From contig JBHPLN010000002.1 of NCBI GenBank assembly GCA_042564205.1, forward strand, positions 48,454 through 112,453: a stretch of DNA of 64,000 nt, read 5' to 3'. A program made the translations under genes and the position numbers. This DNA comes from Fidelibacterota bacterium. GTDB taxonomy: Bacteria > Fidelibacterota > Marinisomatia > Marinisomatales > JAHJCW01. Shown here piece by piece: positions 58,121 to 64,000 of this stretch; within the stretch, counting starts at the first letter, position 1, and the number at the start of each line of letters is the position of its first letter. The notes below the pieces were generated by a model, which was not told the origin of the DNA, made no database searches, and worked only from the letters and a program-made list of their open reading frames with translations.

Positions 58121-59350
58121 TTATTTTTCTACTAATTGCTGCACTTCATTAAAAACCCTCATAAAGTTACCACCCCATATTTTTTCAATATCTTTATTAG
58201 CGTACCCTCTTTTTACCAACTCAATTGTAATATTTCTTATCTGACTTACGTCAAAGCAATCTTTCAATCCACCTCCGCCATCAAAGTCTGTACCTATTCC
58301 GACGTGATTTATTCCGGCAACATCTACAATGTGGTCTATATGGTCAACTGCATCTGATACCGTTGCCAGTATGGGGGGGTGTGTTTCGTCGATTGCATTC
58401 CATTCACCATAGGCTTTTTGCTGCATCTCATAAGATAAATCATTCCAATTATTATATTTTTCTCTAAGGGCTTTTCGTGCTTTTATTCTACTTGAATCTT
58501 GTTCAATTATTTTGACATAATTACTTAAAATACACATTTGTATAACCCCTCCATTTTCCGAAAGTTTTTTAAGCATGTCATCAGTAAGATTCCTTGGATT
58601 ATCACAAACAGTTCTGGAGCATGAATGTGATGCAATCACGGGGGCTTTTGATAATTCTATAATATCATAAAATGATTTATCCGATACGTGTGAAATATCA
58701 ATTATCATTCCAAGGTCATTCATTTTTGTTACTACTTGCTCACCAAAATCACTTAAACCATTGTGCTCTAGCGTATCAGTTGCAGAATCACAAATTTCAT
58801 TATTACTTGTATGACAGAGCGTGATATACCTGGCACCGAGGTCGTAAAACTCCTTAATGTTGTCAACAGTTGTCCCAATTGGATAGCCGTTCTCCATACC
58901 AATGTAGATTGCTTTTTTTCCTTCTTTTTCTAATCGATAAGCATCAGCAGGAGTAAGTGCTATTTCGGCAATTTCAGGATTTTCTGCAATTTTTTCATAT
59001 ATTATATTGAAAATTGAAAGTGCTTTTTCTTTTGCCCTTATATTAGCTTCAATAGCTCTCTCACCCTGTCCCACAAAAACTGCAAAGAAGGCAGCATCTA
59101 GTCCGCCTTCTTTCATTCGTGGAAAATCAATTTTACTATGGGTTTTTACAGGGTTGTTTTTCATGTAAATATCAAATTCTTGATTTAATAAACGAAAGGG
59201 CGTATCTACATGTGTATCCAAAGTAAGTACATCATTGTGAATTTTATTGGCTTTGGTTATTATTTTATTATTTACAGTATTTTCATGTATTGGTATACAG
59301 GAAATCAAAAACACGGAAAAGAAAATTAATGATAAAAACCTTTTTTTCAT
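58121..59350 (-). CDS. Membrane dipeptidase (peptidase M19 family)
   Basis: DTHVDTPFRL, DISHVSDKSF, ASHSCSR and GIGTDFDGGGG are the conserved M19 metal-binding blocks. N-terminal signal/lipobox FLISC. Confidence 0.85.
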   Translation of the reverse strand: MKKRFLSLIFFSVFLISCIPIHENTVNNKIITKANKIHNDVLTLDTHVDTPFRLLNQEFDIYMKNNPVKTHSKIDFPRMKEGGLDAAFFAVFVGQGERAIEANIRAKEKALSIFNIIYEKIAENPEIAEIALTPADAYRLEKEGKKAIYIGMENGYPIGTTVDNIKEFYDLGARYITLCHTSNNEICDSATDTLEHNGLSDFGEQVVTKMNDLGMIIDISHVSDKSFYDIIELSKAPVIASHSCSRTVCDNPRNLTDDMLKKLSENGGVIQMCILSNYVKIIEQDSSRIKARKALREKYNNWNDLSYEMQQKAYGEWNAIDETHPPILATVSDAVDHIDHIVDVAGINHVGIGTDFDGGGGLKDCFDVSQIRNITIELVKRGYANKDIEKIWGGNFMRVFNEVQQLVEK

Positions 59351-59357
59351 TTCAACC

Positions 59358-59420
59358 CCTCATTACAATTTAATCTCCCAAAACCTACTAAATCTTAAAA
59401 TGAAATTCTACAGCTTGTAT
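59358..59420 (-). repeat. 63-nt shared 5' leader, copy 1 (upstream of the dipeptidase gene)
   Basis: cctcattacaatttaatctcCcaaaacctactaaatcttaaaaTgaaattctacagcttgtat is 61/63 identical to 61751..61813. It includes the RBS (sense strand ...TAATGAGG). Confidence 0.85.
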
Positions 59421-59462
59421 CGTGTTATTTATAAATAGAAATAGTTGAGGAGTGGGCTCACA

Positions 59463-59487
59463 GGGATTCGAACTCCGAAGCACAATA
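59463..59487 (-). pseudogene. tRNA 3'-end-like fragment (T-arm plus acceptor strand)
   Basis: The minus strand reads CGGAG-TTCGAAT-CCCTG-TGAGCCC-A. There is no anticodon arm or 5' half. Confidence 0.3.
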
Positions 59488-59555
59488 AATTTGGCAATAA
59501 TAGGTTACTGTATAGAATACCCATTGATAATGGATTATTTGTAGATTTATCTGTT

Positions 59556-59798
59556 ATGTATAAAAAACAAGAAAATCTTACAATTTCAATCGTTAGTCAT
59601 GTCCGAAGAAATCAAGTCATGGGCGATACATTGGAAGGAATTGCGGGTTGGTTGCGAGAGAAGGAGCGGATTAATTGCACTACAGCTGATGTTGCATCTT
59701 CTTTGGAAAGGTTGTTATTGGATGGAACCATAAAGGAGAATGTGACGAGAGAAGGGACCATATTCTATAAGGTTCGTGACAAAGACAACCAGAATTAA
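59556..59798 (+). CDS. Small hypothetical protein, possibly winged-helix-like
   Basis: Only the C-terminal part of track ORF 59445..59798 looks protein-like (GIAGWLREKERINCTTADVASSLERLLLDGTIKENVTREGTIFYKV). The N-terminal part overlaps the tRNA-like fragment. The start is uncertain (59556 or 59619). Confidence 0.3.
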   Translation: MYKKQENLTISIVSHVRRNQVMGDTLEGIAGWLREKERINCTTADVASSLERLLLDGTIKENVTREGTIFYKVRDKDNQN

Positions 59799-59855
59799 TT
59801 TAATCTACATTGTGATTAATATTGTTTTTAGAATAGATGAGTAGTGACTGTTCAA

Positions 59856-59927
59856 GCCCATTTCTCAACGGTCCTTCCAATTCCAATCAATCAGAAGGGG
59901 GAGTGGTGAATGGGGATGTAAAGTTAT
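59856..59927 (+). repeat. Intergenic repeat family, copy F (full length)
   Basis: gcccatttctcaacggtccttccaattccaatcaatcagaagggggagtggtgaatggggatgtaaagttat. Confidence 0.7.
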
Positions 59928-59992
59928 GCGAAACTGAATTGGAATACTTTACCAATTGCAGTGGCCAGTTAGCTTGAGATGTTATCGAATGA

Positions 59993-60397
59993 TTATTTCC
60001 TTATGAATAGTAAAATGGCCAATATCACGAGAATTACCAGATCCATAATCACAAGATTGTTAAGCATTATCCCATGTTCCGGTGTCAGCATGAAATAATG
60101 GCGGAAAACAGTAAATGGTATAATCTGTAAAAGAATAATTCCAGCAACCAAAGCAACAACAGCCCACGGTCTCTTGAGCCACAGTCCAATTGCTACCACG
60201 ATGCCGAATACCAGTAAAACAACATCCAAGATGCGAATAGGAAGGGTCATTTCACCACCCCACGGATTGCTAACAAAGCCGAGGACACTGCCTAAATGTA
60301 CCAAAGCACTAAAAGCTAATATGATCGAAATTATACGTAGGTAAATACCTGTCCACTTACGACTTACGGCATCTTTTAGAATTGCAATCGAGTCCAT
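59993..60397 (-). CDS. 4-TM membrane protein (hypothetical)
   Basis: 134 aa with four hydrophobic helices. Confidence 0.5.
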   Translation of the reverse strand: MDSIAILKDAVSRKWTGIYLRIISIILAFSALVHLGSVLGFVSNPWGGEMTLPIRILDVVLLVFGIVVAIGLWLKRPWAVVALVAGIILLQIIPFTVFRHYFMLTPEHGIMLNNLVIMDLVILVILAILLFIRK

Positions 60398-60506
60398 TTT
60401 ACTCTCCCAATATATTATTCAAAGATTCCCTATTTGATCAGCCCACGCAGATTGATCCACTTTCAAAGTTAGTATTATAACAATGTGTTAAATCAATTTG
60501 ATAATT

Positions 60507-61091
60507 TCAGCGATTTATTTGCCAATCTGAAATAATAAAATCTTCCTCCATAATTTTCCACATTTTTTTAATGTCACAGCGCATAACAATTAGATCTTGT
60601 TTTTTACCCTTTCCATCAGTGACATAATCCTCAAAAATCGTCTCTTTTTCAAAACCTAACTTTTTAAAAATCTTGAGTGCTCCTTTCTGGGGGCGCATGA
60701 TTTTTACTACTATATCCTGTAATTTTTCCTTAAATGCCAGATGCCATAATTCTTTAGCCATAAGTAATCCTAAACCTCTTCGCTGATACTCTGTTGCTAT
60801 TATTAAGCGAATTTCACCCTGGTGTTTTTTCCAATCTCTTTGAGGTAGTTCAAGGCTACCATCAGCGATAATTTTATTTTGTGCAACTGCGATTAGTCGC
60901 TTAACCGAACCGTCTTCTTGAGTTTTATAACGCGCTTCGATGACACCTAATTTTGTTACGTCAGTTCGTAGATAGTTACGGTCTTCAGAAGATAAATTTT
61001 TAAAGAAATGATGTGATTCTTTTATATCAAAATTTTCCATTCGTCGTATAATTAGTTCAGTTCCATCTCGCAATCGAAAAGTTTTCTCCAT
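60507..61091 (-). CDS. GNAT-family N-acetyltransferase
   Basis: The acetyl-CoA motif A is EYQRRGLGLLMAKEL. The start is set at the ATG preceded by AAGGGAG; the track start at 61121 is an alternative. Confidence 0.75.
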   Translation of the reverse strand: MEKTFRLRDGTELIIRRMENFDIKESHHFFKNLSSEDRNYLRTDVTKLGVIEARYKTQEDGSVKRLIAVAQNKIIADGSLELPQRDWKKHQGEIRLIIATEYQRRGLGLLMAKELWHLAFKEKLQDIVVKIMRPQKGALKIFKKLGFEKETIFEDYVTDGKGKKQDLIVMRCDIKKMWKIMEEDFIISDWQINR

Positions 61092-61160
61092 ATTAACTCC
61101 CTTACTTGTGAATAAATGCAAAAACTAATACCATAAGGTAGTAGAATAGAATTTGAAACA

Positions 61161-61184
61161 CAACCAATCCCATTTTTCAACGGT
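61161..61184 (+). repeat. Intergenic repeat family, partial copy G (left half; abuts the stop of 61185..)
   Basis: caaccaatcccatttttcaacggt; compare copy I, cacaaccaatctcattttttcaacc. Confidence 0.5.
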
Positions 61185-61745
61185 TTATCTAATTTTTATA
61201 AAGCGTGGTACTTGTATACAATATTGCTTGTAATCTTCTCCATAGATTTCAAGTAAATATTCTTCCTCAGTTATAGCCATCATATAAGAAACTATTGCAT
61301 ACACTATTATCCATCCTGCTATATATATTGATGGATATGAAACAGCGAAACCGATTAGAAGGATGCCATATCCACTAAGTTGTGGATTTCTACTGAACTT
61401 ATATAAACCATCAGTTTTTAGTGTTTTAGATTTCAGACCCATAGAACGATTATATCCTAATGGAATAATCGAACTAAGCACTATTAATAGTCCTGTAATA
61501 ATTAAAAATAAAGATATGTAGTACAATATCTGATTATCGGATAGTTGAGGTAAATACGGCCACCTAACAGGAATGAATACATACATTGAATTGGCGTGTA
61601 AAGCAAAAAAGAGAAACTCTAAAAAGGAAGTTAGGGGTGAAAGCTTCCCTTTTTTGATATATTTATTCCGAACATAAATTCTGAAGAGTACGTAACCTCC
61701 TAAAAGTAGTAAAAGATATACAACCACATAATTAACGACCATCAT
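61185..61745 (-). CDS. ICMT/PEMT-like membrane methyltransferase (second copy of this family in the window)
   Basis: LYKFSRNPQLSGYGILLIGF ... EEEYLLEIYGEDYKQYCIQVPRFI. The start is set at ATGATG, preceded by GAGGGAA. The upstream part of the track ORF lies in the shared leader. Confidence 0.65.
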   Translation of the reverse strand: MMVVNYVVVYLLLLLGGYVLFRIYVRNKYIKKGKLSPLTSFLEFLFFALHANSMYVFIPVRWPYLPQLSDNQILYYISLFLIITGLLIVLSSIIPLGYNRSMGLKSKTLKTDGLYKFSRNPQLSGYGILLIGFAVSYPSIYIAGWIIVYAIVSYMMAITEEEYLLEIYGEDYKQYCIQVPRFIKIR

Positions 61746-61750
61746 AATTC

Positions 61751-61813
61751 CCTCATTACAATTTAATCTCACAAAACCTACTAAATCTTAAAACGAAATT
61801 CTACAGCTTGTAT
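61751..61813 (-). repeat. 63-nt shared 5' leader, copy 2 (upstream of the methyltransferase gene)
   Basis: 61/63 identical to 59358..59420. Confidence 0.85.
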
Positions 61814-61832
61814 TGAGTAAGTGTATTCACCA

Positions 61833-61896
61833 AATCCGTTTTTTCAACCAAATTCCCAATTCCAATCAATTAGAAGGGGGAGTGGGGGGTTGGATT
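61833..61896 (+). repeat. Intergenic repeat family, copy H (full length, best preserved)
   Basis: aatccgttttttcaaccaaattcccaattccaatcaattagaagggggagtggggggttggatt. The outer inverted repeat is TCAACC/GGTTGG, and AATTCC units face G-runs. Confidence 0.75.
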
Positions 61897-62069
61897 AACA
61901 AACCCAACACACATTATTGCGATATTTATACTAAAATGAAGCTATTAATCTATTCGCCGTTCTAACTCCGCAACTTGTACTAATAAAGCTTTTACTGCTT
62001 CCACTAAAAGTGGAATTAATTTGTTGTAATCTATCCCACGCCCCTTAATGCTATTTTCTTCGTAAACGA

Positions 62070-63290
62070 TTATCCCTCAGATTCTACAGATTCTAATCGC
62101 AAATTTAAATCATCAATCATTTGCTGTTGATCCTTGATGGCTTCAATCAATATCCCAATCAAGCCATTGTATTCAATATGCTTCATTAATTTTGTTTCGC
62201 CGACATTATCGACTAATTCAGGAAAGGTTTCTTCAACTTCTTGAGCTATTAAACCATAATGTACTTTGTCATCAAAACCAGTTGATTCATTAGTGCTTTG
62301 GTTTTTCCATTCATATGTGACACCTCTCAAATGCTTCACACCTGATAAAGCGTTTTGAATTGTATCAATATTTTTCTTATACCTAAAGTCACTTGAGCTC
62401 CAGACTTGTGTCCCTCCTGAACTTCCCTGTACATATAACATTTTAGTAGGAGATGTTGTACCAATACCTATATTGCCTCCACTTTCAATAAATAACCGTG
62501 TATTTCCATCAGTTTGTAAATGCATATCTGCCCAACCTCCCGCAGCATTAGCATTAATTTTAAATCCGTTACTACCACCTTGATGAAATATTTCACCAAA
62601 TACTGATGGATACGTTGGATCTTTCCCTATTCTGATTCGGTTATCAACATGAAGTCTTGCCCGCGGTGCAATAGTTCCAATTCCCACAAAGCCTCCCATT
62701 ATTGCCATTTTGTTATTTTCGGTTACGTTAGTTCCATTTTGGTCATTTAAGGCTATTGCAACAGAATAATCACCTGACGCTTTTATTTCTCTTCCCATCG
62801 CGGTTGAATGACTTCCGCTTGCTGTTGTTCTATCACCCATCGCGGTTGAAAATATTCCGCTGGCTGTTGTTTCAGCACCCATCGCGGTTGAAAATGGTCC
62901 GCTTGCTGTTGTATTTATACCCATCGCGACCGAATAATTCCCAATGTTTCCATCATCCCATTGAGTACCATCTACCCAGCCTACTCTGAACGCTGCCTTT
63001 TTTGGATACCACATCATCCTTGTTCCTGAACCTTCAATCGGAATAGTGCCGCTACCAAGAGTACCAGTAAATAAAACACCTCTGTTGCCATCTACGTGCA
63101 GTCTAGCTTTCGGAGAATTAGTGCCAATACCAACTCTTCCACTACCCTGTACGCTGAATAATATTTTATCATTTGAATTAAGTACGTCAAAATGGGTAGT
63201 TGCGTCGCTGGTACCAAGTGTATTTGTAATTCCGTTCTGTGCGTTAATAAAAGCAATACATACTATTAATAAACATATAATTGTTTTCAT
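62070..63290 (-). CDS. Secreted tail-fibre-like protein with a C-terminal S74-type intramolecular chaperone domain
   Basis: Signal peptide ...AFINAQ, then 14-aa repeats (TTASG.FSTAMG). The C-terminus SDFRYKKNI...LRGVTYEWK...HYGLIAQEVEETFPELV is typical of peptidase-S74/tail-fibre chaperone domains. Confidence 0.65.
   Translation of the reverse strand: MKTIICLLIVCIAFINAQNGITNTLGTSDATTHFDVLNSNDKILFSVQGSGRVGIGTNSPKARLHVDGNRGVLFTGTLGSGTIPIEGSGTRMMWYPKKAAFRVGWVDGTQWDDGNIGNYSVAMGINTTASGPFSTAMGAETTASGIFSTAMGDRTTASGSHSTAMGREIKASGDYSVAIALNDQNGTNVTENNKMAIMGGFVGIGTIAPRARLHVDNRIRIGKDPTYPSVFGEIFHQGGSNGFKINANAAGGWADMHLQTDGNTRLFIESGGNIGIGTTSPTKMLYVQGSSGGTQVWSSSDFRYKKNIDTIQNALSGVKHLRGVTYEWKNQSTNESTGFDDKVHYGLIAQEVEETFPELVDNVGETKLMKHIEYNGLIGILIEAIKDQQQMIDDLNLRLESVESEG
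62794..62935 (-). repeat. 42-bp tandem repeat (about 3.3 units) encoding the 14-aa TASG-STAMG repeats
   Basis: cccatcgcggttgaa recurs at 62794, 62836 and 62878, and cccatcgcgac at 62920 (period 42). Confidence 0.85.
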
Positions 63291-63299
63291 AATGTCATC

Positions 63300-63854
63300 C
63301 TATTTAATTAACGAAATCTTACTTGTTTTTATTTCCTCTCCTGCAATAATCTGATATATATACATACCTGCAGGTGCTATACTGCCATTTTGAATTAATC
63401 CATTCCAGGTAATCTCATACCATCCAGCCTTCTGCCTATTGTGAAACAAAGTTGTCACCTGTCGTCCCATCAGGTCATATATCATAATCGTGACTTCACT
63501 TTCCTCTGGAATGCTATAATGAATTGTAGTAGATGGATTAAAAGGATTGGGATAGGCTGGCTTAATACTAAATTCAACTGGAATCGATTCAGCACCGTCT
63601 AATTCAACCGGTAATGTTACTGTCCCAGTTCCAGTAGGTGTTAAAATCGTTTCACAGTCACTTTCATTGACTTGCCCATAATCATAAGCAGAGAACGATG
63701 AGCCCCCCTGTACAATTATCTCATCAACACAAACTTTTGAACCCTCAAATATCTCTACAATTGAATTACCATCGACATTAATGTTGGACGTTTGTGCAAA
63801 GATGTGACCAAGAGGAAAATAAATAAGCCAGAAAATGAAGATTGGTCTTAACAT
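63300..63854 (-). CDS. Small secreted protein with a T9SS C-terminal sorting domain
   Basis: Signal peptide ...GHIFAQ. The tail is KPAYPNPFNPSTTIHYSIPE...GMYIYQI. 9 nt upstream of the tail-fibre-like gene. Confidence 0.65.
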   Translation of the reverse strand: MLRPIFIFWLIYFPLGHIFAQTSNINVDGNSIVEIFEGSKVCVDEIIVQGGSSFSAYDYGQVNESDCETILTPTGTGTVTLPVELDGAESIPVEFSIKPAYPNPFNPSTTIHYSIPEESEVTIMIYDLMGRQVTTLFHNRQKAGWYEITWNGLIQNGSIAPAGMYIYQIIAGEEIKTSKISLIK

Positions 63855-63921
63855 CGTCTACCCCTATAAATAATTATAAAATAATATATACTATTAAAAT
63901 GTAATTCCAGCACTAAAAAAT

Positions 63922-63990
63922 CACAACCAATCTCATTTTTTCAACCAAATCCCAATTCAATCAATCAGAAGGGGAAGAAAAGGTGATTTA
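63922..63990 (+). repeat. Intergenic repeat family, copy I
   Basis: cacaaccaatctcattttttcaaccaaatcccaattcaatcaatcagaaggggaagaaaaggtgattta, at the right edge of the window. Confidence 0.65.
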
Positions 63991-64000
63991 CATTGTTGTT

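Noticed and set aside
59247-59555. ORF 59247..59438 (+) and the N-terminal 37 codons of ORF 59445..59798 (+).
   Set aside because: The first lies antisense to the dipeptidase 5' end and the shared leader. The second runs through the tRNA-like fragment. Neither looks protein-like.
55034-63990. A CRISPR interpretation of the repeated intergenic element.
   Set aside because: Copies are 0.6-2.1 kb apart with full genes between them. They are only about 60-85% similar to each other and vary in length. No cas genes are present.

Overview
AT-rich bacterial chromosomal segment. Five proteins end in the NYPNPFN-type T9SS C-terminal sorting domain, which suggests an uncultured member of the Fibrobacteres-Chlorobi-Bacteroidetes (FCB) supergroup; this taxonomic call is an inference. 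Layout from left to right:

- 1-8.8 kb: the tail of a CusA-type RND pump, an acidic SdrD-like lipoprotein, GT92 and ATP-grasp genes, and assorted envelope proteins.
- 8.9-19.5 kb: a PlpD-like patatin/POTRA/Omp85 protein, then a TolC-like gene followed by two tandem RND permeases with no adaptor gene.
- 19.8-25.7 kb: an iron/oxidative-stress block of fur-feoA-feoB, a half-size GDT1/UPF0016 protein, rubrerythrin, a CCG-type Fe-S protein and a DUF3501-like protein.
- 25.7-31.2 kb: small accessory genes, including a CAT-family acetyltransferase, ABM-like proteins, a DMT transporter and an ICMT-like methyltransferase.
- 31.5-54.8 kb: three ~1030-aa paralogues with the architecture lamin-tail domain / CotH kinase / lamin-tail domain / T9SS tail. 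They bracket a poly-Asp lipoprotein and a sulfotransferase, glycosyltransferase, sulfatase-like and FkbM cluster.
- 55-64 kb: small, functionally unrelated genes, mostly on the minus strand, separated by a co-oriented ~55-70 bp repeat family. Solo copies of this repeat occur at 36.2, 45.5, 46.1 and 49.05 kb.

The repeat has attC-like inverted ends (TTTCAAC ... GTTRRR). I consider it the most interesting signal in the window, either as an integron-like or CALIN (cluster of attC sites lacking an integrase) cassette array or as a novel terminator/promoter module.

I recognised no rRNA, intact tRNA, CRISPR array, transposase or integrase. Two degenerate tRNA 3'-end-like fragments are present. All protein calls come from motif reading of the supplied ORF translations. 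No database search was run.
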